This document shows, one piece after another, positions 1-9,466 of a stretch of 64,000 bases of DNA. Source of the DNA: Deltaproteobacteria bacterium. Its GTDB lineage: Bacteria > Desulfobacterota > Binatia > Binatales > Binataceae. Positions within the stretch are counted from its first letter, which is position 1; each line of letters starts with the position of its first letter. The notes under the pieces were generated by a model that was not told where the DNA came from, ran no database searches, and saw only the letters and a program-made list of their open reading frames with translations. The DNA is taken from positions 8,154 to 72,153 of the forward strand of contig JAJYRQ010000015.1 in NCBI GenBank assembly GCA_021794015.1, written 5' to 3'. Position numbers and translations under genes: made by a program.

Positions 1-908
1 CGGCCAGGCGGCCGCAGCGCGATGAGGCCGGCCGGCGCCCAAGTCACCACTGCAACGAACAGCAGGCCAAGCACAAGGGGATAGCTCTCGAACGTATTCA
101 GCACCTGTTTGAGCGTGACGAACAGCGCTGCACCCATGATTGGGCCAACCAGCGTCTGCGCGCCGCCCAGGAGCACCCAGATCACAACCTCCGTGGACAA
201 CCCGGGGCCGAGCAGGTCAGGCGCGAGCGCGCGCTCGACCAACGCGTAGAGGATGCCGGCAATGCCTGCAATACCGGCTGAAACAAGCGTGACCTGGAGC
301 TTGATCCGCTCGACGTTGTAACCAAGCGCCCGGCAGCGGCGCTCATTTGACTTGACCGCCGCGAGGGCCAAGCCGTAGCCCGAACGCGCTAACCTTCGGC
401 TGGCCCACAAGACCGCGCTCCCGAGCCCGGCCACGACGAGGTACTGCGCGCGAACCCGGAGAACTGCCAGCGAAGACGCCCGCGGCAGATAGAGGCCGTT
501 CTCGCCGCCCGTAAGCCCGGTCCACACAAGGGCGAGCTGAAAGAGGGAAAAGGACGCAAGCATGGTTACGACTATGTAGCCGACACCGCCGGTCTTCGTC
601 GCGAAGTAGCCGACCGCCATAGCAATCACCAGCAAGGCCGCAATGGCCGCGAGAATCGCCAGGGTCAACGGGCCGCCGCGGCTCACCACGATTCCAATCG
701 TGTAGGCAGGCACGCCGAAAAAGGCGGCTTGACCGAAACTGGGCAAACCAGCGTAGCCAAGCAGTACGTCGAGCGAAATCGCCAGCAGCGCCCAGATGAT
801 AAGGTCGGCCGCGGTGTACAGGTAAAAATCCGGCAGAGCCAGCGGACACAGCAGCGCCAGCACCACAACAGCCGTCGTGGCCCGCTCCCGACCGCCGGAC
901 CTCACCAT
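1..908 (-). CDS. Liv-type ABC transporter permease (LivM family), N-terminal ~300 aa; gene runs off the window start
   Basis: Own minus-strand translation from the ATG at 908-906 (ATGGTGA overlap with the stop of the adjacent permease at 904-902) stays open to position 1. It gives a polytopic membrane protein (MVRSGGRERATTAVVVLALL...GLPSFGQAAFFGVPAYTIGIVV...) typical of LivM. It is absent from the ORF track because it has no stop inside the window. The listed 343..849 ORF is an out-of-frame artefact. Confidence 0.75.
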   Translation of the reverse strand, partial: MVRSGGRERATTAVVVLALLCPLALPDFYLYTAADLIIWALLAISLDVLLGYAGLPSFGQAAFFGVPAYTIGIVVSRGGPLTLAILAAIAALLVIAMAVGYFATKTGGVGYIVVTMLASFSLFQLALVWTGLTGGENGLYLPRASSLAVLRVRAQYLVVAGLGSAVLWASRRLARSGYGLALAAVKSNERRCRALGYNVERIKLQVTLVSAGIAGIAGILYALVERALAPDLLGPGLSTEVVIWVLLGGAQTLVGPIMGAALFVTLKQVLNTFESYPLVLGLLFVAVVTWAPAGLIALRPPG

Positions 909-1747
909 AACCAGAGCGTCCCCTCGCGGCGGACGACGAGGACTGCCATGAACAGCGTCATCACCAGCAGGATTGCCAGGTTAGGTTGCAGCACCAGCGT
1001 CAGCAGCGCCTCGAGTTCCCCTGCCACCAAGCTCGCCACCAGCGCGCCCCGAATGTTCCCCATGCCGCCGACCACCACAACAGCGAAGGCCGCGACCATA
1101 ATCTCCAGCCCCATCGACGGGTAAGCGCTGGTCACCGGAAGCATAAGAGCGCCGGCGACGCCTGCCAGTCCCGCGCTGATCACCGACACCCAGCCATAGA
1201 CCGCCAACGGTGAAACGCCGGCAATGGCCGTGGCTTCGCGGTTGCCGGCCACGGCACGTATCAGAACACCGTAGCGGGTCCGATTCAGAAACCACATGGC
1301 GAACACAATCAGGGCGACGCTCAATCCCGCCACCACCAGTCGATAGATGCCTCCGATCCAGGGAAGGGTGCCCTTAAGCGGCGCATCAATCAGCTTGAAG
1401 TCGGTTCCGAAGATCAGTTGGACAACCTCTCGCAGAACGTAGCCGAGCCCCAGCGTCAGAAGCGCCCAGCGTAAAGGCCCCGCGTCGGCCAGCCTTCGCT
1501 GAAACGCCATAATTAGCAAACCGCCCAACAGCGCGCTACCGACCGCCGCAACCAGGACGCTGCCCCAGAAATTGTGAAGGACCTGATCGGCCGCCCACGC
1601 GCAGTAAGCGCCAATCATGAAAAACTCGCCGTGACTTAAGTTGACAATATGCATCACCCCAAAAATCAACGTTAAGCCCAGGGCGGTAAGAGCTATCGTC
1701 GTGCCGACGACCAAGCCGTAGGTGAGTTGAACTGTCACGTACTCCAT
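902..1747 (-). CDS. Liv-type ABC transporter permease (LivH family)
   Basis: ORF 902..1819. Hydrophobic polytopic sequence MEYVTVQLTYGLVVGTTIALTALGLTLIFGVMHIVNLSHGEFFMIGAY... matches the LivH N-terminal motif (IFGVM..N.AHGE). Likely start at MEY (1747). Confidence 0.85.
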   Translation of the reverse strand: MEYVTVQLTYGLVVGTTIALTALGLTLIFGVMHIVNLSHGEFFMIGAYCAWAADQVLHNFWGSVLVAAVGSALLGGLLIMAFQRRLADAGPLRWALLTLGLGYVLREVVQLIFGTDFKLIDAPLKGTLPWIGGIYRLVVAGLSVALIVFAMWFLNRTRYGVLIRAVAGNREATAIAGVSPLAVYGWVSVISAGLAGVAGALMLPVTSAYPSMGLEIMVAAFAVVVVGGMGNIRGALVASLVAGELEALLTLVLQPNLAILLVMTLFMAVLVVRREGTLWLW

Positions 1748-1751
1748 AAGC

Positions 1752-2435
1752 TCAGATTCCCAGAAACTGCGCCAGTTCACGCTGCCCGATCTCCCGCACG
1801 GACGCCTCGATCCGCCCACGGCTCATCAGATAAGCGCGATCGGCGGTCCTCCGGATGAGACCTACGTCCTGTTCTACGAGAAGCACCCCGGTCCCGCCGG
1901 CACAAAGCTGCCGTATGAGGCCGCCGACCTCCGCGACGACCGCCGGCATCAACCCCTCCACTGGTTCGTCGACCAGCAAAACAGCGGGATCGAGAAGCAG
2001 GATTCGCGCGAAGGCGAGCAGCTTGCGTTCCCCGCCGCTTAAGCTGCCGGCCTTCTGATTGCGCCGTTCCTTGAGGCGTGAAAAACGCTCGTAGATCGCG
2101 CCCAGCCGCTTGCGCGGCAGCCGCCGCGCGTAGATGGGCACCAACAGGTTCTCCTCAACCGACAGATTCGCACAGAGCTCGCGTTCCTGGGGAACGTAGC
2201 CGATGCCGTAAGAGGCCATCAGAGCAGTCGGCCTGCCGACCAATGACCTGCCGCCGACGCGGATACTCCCTGAAAAGACCTGCGCCAGGCCGACGATCGC
2301 CTTGAGCGTAGTACTCTTGCCCGCACCGTTGCGCCCTACAAGCGCCACTACCTCGCCGGGCCGCACGGTTAGACTTACGTCCCAGACAATCTGGATGGCC
2401 CCGTAGCCCGCGTTTAGGCCGACAAGCTCAAGCAT
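1752..2435 (-). CDS. ABC transporter ATP-binding protein (LivF family)
   Basis: ORF 1752..2507. Walker A GRNGAGKSTTLK, signature LSGGERKLLAFARIL, Walker B LLVDEP. Probable start MLELVGLNAGYG at 2435, with a short overlap onto the upstream ATPase. Confidence 0.85.
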   Translation of the reverse strand: MLELVGLNAGYGAIQIVWDVSLTVRPGEVVALVGRNGAGKSTTLKAIVGLAQVFSGSIRVGGRSLVGRPTALMASYGIGYVPQERELCANLSVEENLLVPIYARRLPRKRLGAIYERFSRLKERRNQKAGSLSGGERKLLAFARILLLDPAVLLVDEPVEGLMPAVVAEVGGLIRQLCAGGTGVLLVEQDVGLIRRTADRAYLMSRGRIEASVREIGQRELAQFLGI

Positions 2436-3195
2436 TGGCCGCCCCAAGATAAATTGCCTGCGCGATTCGACTGGCCCGAACCTCCGAGGGGCTACCCTCG
2501 ACCACAATCCGCCCGTTATGCATAACGGAGATCCTGTCGGCTATGCTCATCACCATCTCGATGTCGTGGTCGACCAACACGATGGTCTGTCGCGCCGCGA
2601 GCAATCGTATCCTGGCGCCAAGCTCGATGCGTTCGCTCGCGCTCATCCCGGCCATCGGCTCGTCGAGCAGCAGCAGACGCGGTTCGTTGGCGAGCGCCAG
2701 CACGATTTCAAGCTGTTTTTGCAACCCATGCGAAAGGCTGGTCGTCTCCTGATGCGCACATTGCGCCATCCCGGCGGTTTCCAGCATAGATAAGGCACGC
2801 TCGGCGAGCAGACGGCAACGGCCCCGCGAGAGCCAATCCCGGGCGGGGCTGTCGCGCTGTAAGGCCAATTGCAGCGCCTGTTGACAAGTCACCCCGGGGA
2901 AAAGACGGGCTATCTGGTAGGAACGGCCGAGCCCCAAGCGCGCCCGCCGGTACATCGGCACGAACGTTATGTCCTTCCCATCGAAGCGAATGCGGCCGGC
3001 GGACGGCAGAAGGTCTCCCGCAAGGACGTGGAGCAGCGTCGTCTTGCCGGCGCCATTGGGACCGATTATGGCGTGAACCTCTCCGGCTCGGACCTCGAGG
3101 TCCAACTCCGACAACACGGTGAAAGGGCCAAACCGCATCGTCAACTGTTCCGCTTGGATAATGGTCGTCACGGCGCCGAACCATTCTTCAGGCAA
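2428..3195 (-). CDS. ABC transporter ATP-binding protein (LivG family)
   Basis: Walker A GPNGAGKTTLLHVLAG, signature LSHGLQKQLEIVLALA, Walker B LLLDEPMAGM, and a LivG-specific C-terminal extension. Confidence 0.85.
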   Translation of the reverse strand: MPEEWFGAVTTIIQAEQLTMRFGPFTVLSELDLEVRAGEVHAIIGPNGAGKTTLLHVLAGDLLPSAGRIRFDGKDITFVPMYRRARLGLGRSYQIARLFPGVTCQQALQLALQRDSPARDWLSRGRCRLLAERALSMLETAGMAQCAHQETTSLSHGLQKQLEIVLALANEPRLLLLDEPMAGMSASERIELGARIRLLAARQTIVLVDHDIEMVMSIADRISVMHNGRIVVEGSPSEVRASRIAQAIYLGAANA

Positions 3196-3247
3196 GCTTT
3201 CAAGTCAAACAGTCGCCAACCATCCTGCGCATCACGCCGCCCGGCAG

Positions 3248-4462
3248 CTATCTGATCCCTCCGATCCCGGCGGCCGGGATGAGATCGAGCACGATTTCCC
3301 TGCCTGCCCTCACCTGGGCGACATAGAGCGGCGCCACTCCCTGGTGGTCTCGCCTGCGAATCGTCAACGGCCCCGCCGGAAACTCTCGGCCGGCTGGAAC
3401 CCTCAAGCCAGCCAGTACGGCAGCCAGCTTCTCGGTGTCCCTGCGGCCGCGAAAGCCCGACCGTTTGATACCCTCGAGCAACGCGTTCGCGGACTGGTAC
3501 GCCTCAAATGCATTCAGGCCGATGACGTCGCCCGGATACTTGGCGAAGTAGGCCGCACGAAACTCCCGGTTCGCGGGCGTCTCGAGCGGCCCATTGGCGT
3601 CACGCGGATAGTCGCCGATGAAGACGAGCCCCTCGGCGGCCTGCGGGAGCCTAGGGAAGTTTTCCGCCGACACCAGCGACTGCATCCCGGCAAACTTCAT
3701 CTTCTTCTGAAGGCCCTGCGCAAGCGCCTCCTGAAGGGCGAGGATGGCGTCGCGACCGGCAAGGACAAAATAGAGTGCTTCGGCCGAAGCATCCACCTTG
3801 CTGATATACGCCGCCACGTCGGTGGCGCCGAACGGAATGCCGATCGAGCCGACCACCCCGCCACCCGCCGCTTCCACCGCCTCCGTGAAGGCCTTGAGGC
3901 CGGATTGACCATAGGCGTAATCCGAGTAGACGACGTACCAGCGCCTGCCGAGGTGCCCGGTGAGCCACTGCGCAAACGAATAATTGCGCTGGCGGTTGTC
4001 CAGCGTCGACCGGAACGAATACCTGTTCACATTCTCCTGGCTGCTGAATTCATCGACCCAGCATCCGCTTGCCGGAACGTAGATGATCTTCTCTTCGCCC
4101 GCAAACTTTTCGAGCGACAGACACTCGGCGCTCGACAGCCCGCCCATCAGGACGTCTACGTTCTCGCGCCCGGTCAATTCGCGGGCGTATCGGATCGCTT
4201 GCGCGGCCTTGGCCTCCGAGTCGCGCTGCACCACTCGAAAGGCTACGTTTCCCAACGCCGGGTCCGTCTTGGCCTCGGCCAGCGCCAAGTCGAGTCCCTT
4301 GCGCGCGTACTTGCCCAGCGCGGCAAAGGGTCCCGTCGCCGGATTGATGAACCCTATCGTGACCGCAGGCGCATCGGTGGCTCTGCTGGTGGAGCGAGCG
4401 AACAGCGCAAGGACCAGTCCCACAACGACAATTACCTCTCGGCGCAAGAAAGCCTCCCTCAT
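3248..4462 (-). CDS. ABC transporter periplasmic substrate-binding protein (Leu/Ile/Val-binding protein family), secreted
   Basis: N-terminal signal peptide (VIVVVGLVLALFARSTS). Type I periplasmic binding fold sequence (IGFINPATGPFAALGKYARKGLDLA...). Heads the five-gene importer operon on the minus strand. Confidence 0.85.
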   Translation of the reverse strand: MREAFLRREVIVVVGLVLALFARSTSRATDAPAVTIGFINPATGPFAALGKYARKGLDLALAEAKTDPALGNVAFRVVQRDSEAKAAQAIRYARELTGRENVDVLMGGLSSAECLSLEKFAGEEKIIYVPASGCWVDEFSSQENVNRYSFRSTLDNRQRNYSFAQWLTGHLGRRWYVVYSDYAYGQSGLKAFTEAVEAAGGGVVGSIGIPFGATDVAAYISKVDASAEALYFVLAGRDAILALQEALAQGLQKKMKFAGMQSLVSAENFPRLPQAAEGLVFIGDYPRDANGPLETPANREFRAAYFAKYPGDVIGLNAFEAYQSANALLEGIKRSGFRGRRDTEKLAAVLAGLRVPAGREFPAGPLTIRRRDHQGVAPLYVAQVRAGREIVLDLIPAAGIGGIR

Positions 4463-4494
4463 GCTACGTCCTTCCCTTACGGTTGACCTGCCAG

Positions 4495-6585
4495 CTACAC
4501 ACTGGTCGCGGCCTGAACAGCCTCGAGCAGTGCTTCAGTTGCCTGCCGTGGCGCCAGCGCGTCGCCAACAATTTTAATCTCGGTGCCCGGCAGCTCGGAC
4601 CTCAGTCGGTGATAGAACCGGTCTTCCGGGATCATTCCGGTGGCGACCACGACGGTGTCGCAAGGTATAAGCTCTTGCGTTTTGTCGGCGGCGCTTACCA
4701 GAAGTTTGTTTCCTTCCACCGCTCGCACGACGCTGTTCAGTCGGACGGCAACCCCGGCTCGCTCGAGGGCCCTAAGCAGCGTCCAGCGCACGGATTTGTT
4801 CAGACTCTTGGCCAACCGCTCCGAACGCTGTACCAGAGTCACGTTTCTCTGAGGCCGTCCGATCATGGCCCGTTGGCGCAGTTCTTCAAGCGGCATAAGT
4901 TCGTGGACCAAAAGGAACTTCACTGTTTCTCCGTCGAGACTGCCGATCGCCCGCAAGTGAAGCGCCGTTTCGCAGCCCGTGGGACCGCCGCCGATGACCA
5001 CAACCTCGTCGCCGAGCGGCCCACTGCTGCCGGCCAGAATGTCGTGCGCGTGGTAAACGCGAATCGAGCTTCGCTCGAGGCCCGGCAACTCCGGCATTAC
5101 CGCTCGCGCGCCCGTCGCAATAATGACGGCATCGGGCCGGTCGGCTCTTAGCAGGTCCACGGTTGCCTCGCAGCCCAAACGTAACTCGATGCCGGGGTGA
5201 GCCCGCACCTGCTTCCTGAGGTCTTCGTACAGCCAGCGATACTCGCCCTTGCCGGGCGCGACATCTCCAATTGCGGCTACGCCTCCAAGCTCCGAACCGC
5301 GCTCATAAAGCGTCACAACGTGTCCTCGCGCAGCCGCGACCTTGGCCGCCATCATTCCGGCGGGGCCACCCCCGACAACCGTCACGCGGCGCACCGGTCC
5401 GGCCGGGCCAGTGCTCAGCTCCAGTTCACGCCCAGCGTAGGGGTTCACCAGGCAACGGGCGGGGCCGTCCCAGGCGGTGTCAAGGCAGACGTTGCAAGCG
5501 ATGCAGTGCACGAGATCTTGGAGCTGCCCCGCCATCAGCTTGCGAGGAAGATGCGGATCGGCCAGAAGCGGCCGCCCCATCGAAACGAAGTCTGCCATCT
5601 CGGCCCGCAAAATCCGCTCGGCCACAAAAGGATCGTTGATCCGGTTGGACGCCCCAACCGCAACCCGAACCGCCGCCCGTACAGCCTGCGCCAACCAGGC
5701 ATAGGCCCCGGTCGGAACCTCCCCCGTAATCTGCGGCACACGCGATTCATGCCAGCCACCGGTGACATTGAACGCCGCAGCCCCGGCACCCTCCAGGATG
5801 CGCGCAATCTCTATGGCCTCGCGATGCGTGTTGCCGCCGGGAACAAGGTCGTGGCCCGCCAGCCGCACCACAATGGGCGTACCTGATAGCCGCCGGCGTA
5901 TGCCACGCAGGATGTTGACCACGATCCGGGCGCGGTTCTGCAGCGTGCCACCGTACTCGTCGGACCGATCGTTGGTCGCCGGCGAGAGGAACTGATTCAG
6001 CAGGTGACCAACCCCGCAGAACAAATCGATGCAGTCGAATCCGGCTGCAACGGCCCGCGCCGCCGCATCGATATACTTCTGCTCGAGCTCGCGCACCTCT
6101 GTCGTGCTCAGGGCATGCACCGGCTCGGGATTGAATCGCGACCGCTTCGCCGACGCGCCCACCGGCTGAAGACCGGTCAGCTTCGATGGTGACACACGGC
6201 CGGTATGATACAATTGGCAGGCGATCTTTCCCTCCGGATACGCCGCCTTCATGGACTTTGTCAGGCGCTCCAGCGGCGGGACGTACTCATCCGACCAAAG
6301 CCCTAGAAGCAGGCTGTTAAAAACGCCGGCCCCGGCAAGCTCCACGGCAAATCCGCCAATAGAGATGAGCCCCGCCCGACCCCGAGCGCGCTCGGTGTAG
6401 AAGGCAATCAGCGTCTCGTCGGCGAAACCCAGACCGCGATGATAGTTGAGGTGCATCGCGGGCATCATTATCCGATTCGGCACAAGCATCGCCCCGATCT
6501 GAAACGGGCTCAGCAGCTTCCACTGCTCCGCGACGAGAACGTTTCGCAAACGAACGCACCTCCCGACAATATCGATATTGACCAA
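4495..6585 (-). CDS. 2,4-dienoyl-CoA reductase-like NADH:flavin oxidoreductase (OYE-type FMN domain, Fe-S motif, C-terminal FAD/NAD(P) domain), 696 aa
   Basis: N-terminal Old-Yellow-Enzyme TIM-barrel motifs (MPAMHLNYH, GFDCIDLF, SPATNDRSDEYGGTLQNRAR). Cys cluster motif CIACNVC. Two dinucleotide-binding GxGxxG motifs (VTVVGGGPAGMMAA; VVVIGGGPTGCETA). Size (~76 kDa) matches the FadH / dienoyl-CoA oxidoreductase class. Confidence 0.8.
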   Translation of the reverse strand: MVNIDIVGRCVRLRNVLVAEQWKLLSPFQIGAMLVPNRIMMPAMHLNYHRGLGFADETLIAFYTERARGRAGLISIGGFAVELAGAGVFNSLLLGLWSDEYVPPLERLTKSMKAAYPEGKIACQLYHTGRVSPSKLTGLQPVGASAKRSRFNPEPVHALSTTEVRELEQKYIDAAARAVAAGFDCIDLFCGVGHLLNQFLSPATNDRSDEYGGTLQNRARIVVNILRGIRRRLSGTPIVVRLAGHDLVPGGNTHREAIEIARILEGAGAAAFNVTGGWHESRVPQITGEVPTGAYAWLAQAVRAAVRVAVGASNRINDPFVAERILRAEMADFVSMGRPLLADPHLPRKLMAGQLQDLVHCIACNVCLDTAWDGPARCLVNPYAGRELELSTGPAGPVRRVTVVGGGPAGMMAAKVAAARGHVVTLYERGSELGGVAAIGDVAPGKGEYRWLYEDLRKQVRAHPGIELRLGCEATVDLLRADRPDAVIIATGARAVMPELPGLERSSIRVYHAHDILAGSSGPLGDEVVVIGGGPTGCETALHLRAIGSLDGETVKFLLVHELMPLEELRQRAMIGRPQRNVTLVQRSERLAKSLNKSVRWTLLRALERAGVAVRLNSVVRAVEGNKLLVSAADKTQELIPCDTVVVATGMIPEDRFYHRLRSELPGTEIKIVGDALAPRQATEALLEAVQAATSV

Positions 6586-7055
6586 GCGCTTGTTACATAT
6601 CGCACGGCGATCCGACCGTCAAGGGGCTCTACCGCTGCGCCGGATTGGCCTGGCATTGCCGGCGGTTGACTCGGCGCGGCCTGCAAAGGGCCGTTGAAAG
6701 GGCCGTTGAGCGGATGACCCATGGGCTTCCGCTTGCAGCCGCGGCTCCGAACCCTGCAACAAACAAGACGCGGCCTGCTCCCTGGCGCGCCGGTGAGCTG
6801 CAGACCGTCATGCACCCGGCATGCACATGGCCTGCCGACGGCCCGGACTGCCGACAGCCGTTGCGTTCGGTTGCCTCTGCCGGCATACGGACGCAGGGGC
6901 GTAGCCGGCTGACTCTGCCTTCTTCGGTCGCCGCGCGGCAGCGGCTTGAACCGGCCATCCAACGTGCTATTTACGGACAAGGGCATGGCGACCATCGTCC
7001 AAGGCAGCTTGCCGGGGTAAGTCGTCCCCTACGCAGCCTGCCGATTGGCCATACA

Positions 7056-8723
7056 ATGCATGAACTGGAATTTCGCCTGATGTCCGCCGGCGCCGCCGAA
7101 CCCGGCATCGAAACTGGCCCCAGCCAGCCTGAGGCGCGGGGCAGCGTCCCGGAGCTGCCGCGCCGGTTCAACGCCGCGGTCTACTTCGTCGATCGGCATC
7201 TGCGCGAGGGGCGCGGCGCCAAGGCCGCGCTTATCGACGACGCCGGCGCCCACCCCTACGCCGAACTGGCCGACCGGGTCAACCGCTTTGGCAACGTGCT
7301 TAAGCGGCTGGCCATCCTGGCCGAGCAGCGGGTGATGCTCTGTCTGCCCGACGGCATCGATTTTCCGGCGGCATTCTGGGGCACGATCAAGACGGGCGCA
7401 GTCGCGGTGCCGGCCAACCCGATGCTTTCGGCGGACGACTACGGCTACCTGCTGGCAAACACGCGGGCAAGGGCGCTGGTCGTTTCCAGGTCCTTGCTCG
7501 ATCGCTTGGCGCCGGCGCTAACCGGCGCGCAGTTTCTGCAAAGCGTCCTGGTTGTTGACTGGGAGCCGGACCTGGAAGCTTCGGTGGCACCCGAGCTTCG
7601 GGCCAAGCTGCTCGACCTGCGCCGGCTTAGCGAGCAGGCATCGCCCGAGCTGCAAGCGGCGGCCACTGTCGCCGACGACATTGCCTTTTGGCTCTACTCT
7701 TCGGGCTCAACCGGCCGGCCCAAGGCGGTGATGCACCGGCACGAGAGCCTCTTCTACACCGCGCTGCTTTCCGGGCAGCGGGCGCTTGGCATCGGCTCCG
7801 AGGACGTGATTTTTTCGGCGGCCAAGATGTTTTTTGCCTACGGGCTGGGCAACAGCGTCAGCATCCCGCTCGCCGCGGGCGCAACCGCCGTGGTGAGCGC
7901 CGAGCGGTCCACGCCCAAGCTCGTGGCGAGCGTAATGGAAAGGCATCAGCCGACGGTCTTCTTTGCCGTCCCGACGCTCTACTCGGCGCTGCTGGGCGAG
8001 GGCGGACTCGGCCCGGCGCAGATTTCGCGCCGGCTCAGGCTTTGCGCTTCGGCAGGAGAAGCGTTGCCGGCCGAGCTGGCAGAACGCTGGCAGGAGCGGT
8101 TCGGCGTCGAGATACTCGACGGGCTTGGCTCAACCGAGATGCTGCACAATTTCCTGTCGAATCGGCCGGGCCAGAACCGTCCCGGTGCCAGCGGCAGACC
8201 GGTCCCAGGTTACACCGTCATGGTCCTGAACGAGGAGGGCGAGCAACCGGCGCCGGGCGAGGTGGGAGACCTCTGGTGTCGGGGTCCGTCGGCTGCTTCC
8301 GGCTACTGGAACAACCGGCAGGCTTCAAAGCGCACCTTCCTCGGACCGTGGGTCAGGACCGGCGACAAGTACACCCGCGACGCCGACGGATACTTCCACT
8401 ACGTCGGCCGCTCGGACGAAATGCTCAAGGTAAGCGGAATGTGGGTCTCGCCCTTCGAGGTCGAGTCGGCGCTGGCAAGCCACCCCCAAGTCAGCGAAGC
8501 GGCGGTGGTCGGCCGGGCCGACGCCGACGGCCTGGTCAAGCCCAAGGCGTTCGTCGTGCCAAGGGCCGGCGCGGCGCCGTCGGCGGCGCTTGCGGAGGAG
8601 CTCAAGGCGTTCGTAAAGCAACGGCTTTTGCCGCACAAGTATCCACGCTGGATCGAGTTTCGCGAGCAGTTGCCGCGAACCGCCACCGGTAAGATTCAGC
8701 GCTTCAAGCTGCGGGAGCCGTAA
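7056..8723 (+). CDS. Aromatic acid-CoA ligase of the benzoate-CoA ligase family (candidate 4-hydroxybenzoate-CoA ligase)
   Basis: AMP-binding motif YSSGSTGRPKAV. Benzoate-CoA-ligase-like N-terminus FNAAVYFVDRHLREGRGAKAALID. C-terminal GKIQRFKLRE. The ORF-track N-terminal 137 aa extension (from 6645) is Arg/Pro-rich junk; start placed at MHELEF (7056) or MSAGAAEP (7083). Confidence 0.85.
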   Translation: MHELEFRLMSAGAAEPGIETGPSQPEARGSVPELPRRFNAAVYFVDRHLREGRGAKAALIDDAGAHPYAELADRVNRFGNVLKRLAILAEQRVMLCLPDGIDFPAAFWGTIKTGAVAVPANPMLSADDYGYLLANTRARALVVSRSLLDRLAPALTGAQFLQSVLVVDWEPDLEASVAPELRAKLLDLRRLSEQASPELQAAATVADDIAFWLYSSGSTGRPKAVMHRHESLFYTALLSGQRALGIGSEDVIFSAAKMFFAYGLGNSVSIPLAAGATAVVSAERSTPKLVASVMERHQPTVFFAVPTLYSALLGEGGLGPAQISRRLRLCASAGEALPAELAERWQERFGVEILDGLGSTEMLHNFLSNRPGQNRPGASGRPVPGYTVMVLNEEGEQPAPGEVGDLWCRGPSAASGYWNNRQASKRTFLGPWVRTGDKYTRDADGYFHYVGRSDEMLKVSGMWVSPFEVESALASHPQVSEAAVVGRADADGLVKPKAFVVPRAGAAPSAALAEELKAFVKQRLLPHKYPRWIEFREQLPRTATGKIQRFKLREP

Positions 8724-8947
8724 AACCGGGGCGCGCGGGGCGCCCGGCGGCAATCTCGCCCGTGGTAGCCGACCCGCCCTCCCTGCTATCATAGATAAGC
8801 CAAGCGAAGACCCGAACTCGCAGCTTTGCCGAGTGCAGTTGCAAAGCGAGGCCTGCCCTTGCGGCGCGCCCAGGCCGGCGGCTCGGGAACAAAGCCGGGC
8901 AACGTTGCGCGCTTTAGCCGGCAGGGAGGCCGGGGAGAAGCTAACAG

Positions 8948-9466
8948 GTGAAATCGCTTATCACGCTGCAGGTAAACGGCGAGACGCAGGAAGTGCTCGC
9001 CCCTGTCCACAAAACACTGCTCGAGGTCCTGCGTGAAGAACTTGGTCTCACCGGGACCAAGCACGGATGCGAGCTGGGCGAGTGCGGCACCTGCACCGTC
9101 TTGATTGACGGCACACCGGCGCTGAGCTGCCTTACGCTTGCGGTCGAAGCGCAGGGACGCGAGATTACCACCGTCGAGGGCCTGGCCGACGGTCCGGCGG
9201 CGCATCCGCTGCAGACTGCTTTCGCCGAACTGGGCGCTTCGCAATGCGGGTACTGTTCGCCCGGAATGCTGATGGCCGCCTCGGCCCTGCTGCGGCACAA
9301 TGCCTCACCCAGCCGCGAGGAGATAACCGGTTGGCTGGCCGGAAACCTCTGCCGCTGCACCGGATATCTCAAGATTATCGAGGCGGTCGAGCTGGCGGCG
9401 GCTCGCATGCGCCGGGCCGGTGCGCCCGCGCAGCGCACGCCCAATGCGGCGCAGGCGGCGCGATGA
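8948..9466 (+). CDS. hcrC: Molybdopterin hydroxylase small (2Fe-2S)2 subunit, 4-hydroxybenzoyl-CoA reductase gamma-like
   Basis: Plant-ferredoxin-like cluster HGCELGECGTCTV and a second cluster GASQCGYCSPG...NLCRCTGY; 172 aa. First gene of a small-large-medium subunit operon. Confidence 0.8.
   Translation: MKSLITLQVNGETQEVLAPVHKTLLEVLREELGLTGTKHGCELGECGTCTVLIDGTPALSCLTLAVEAQGREITTVEGLADGPAAHPLQTAFAELGASQCGYCSPGMLMAASALLRHNASPSREEITGWLAGNLCRCTGYLKIIEAVELAAARMRRAGAPAQRTPNAAQAAR

Noticed and set aside
343-849. ORF-track proteins 343..849(-), 683..868(-), 729..1124(+), 981..1295(-) in the first kilobase
   Set aside because: Arg/Gly/Pro-rich translations that overlap, in other frames, the clearly membrane-protein-like LivM and LivH reading frames. 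These are high-GC artefacts.
6645-7055. 137-aa N-terminal extension of the CoA ligase ORF, and antisense ORFs 6510..6995 and 6629..6958
   Set aside because: Low-complexity sequence with no AMP-ligase similarity. The conserved ligase N-terminus begins after MHELEF at 7056. The region is better read as the divergent intergenic segment.
8724-8947. Sigma-54 promoter upstream of hcrC
   Set aside because: A TTGCA element is present, but there is no GG dinucleotide at the required -24 spacing.
9244-9462. Upstream extension of the large-subunit ORF overlapping hcrC
   Set aside because: It overlaps the well-conserved 2Fe-2S subunit in another frame. The ATG at 9463 in an ATGA overlap is the natural coupled start.
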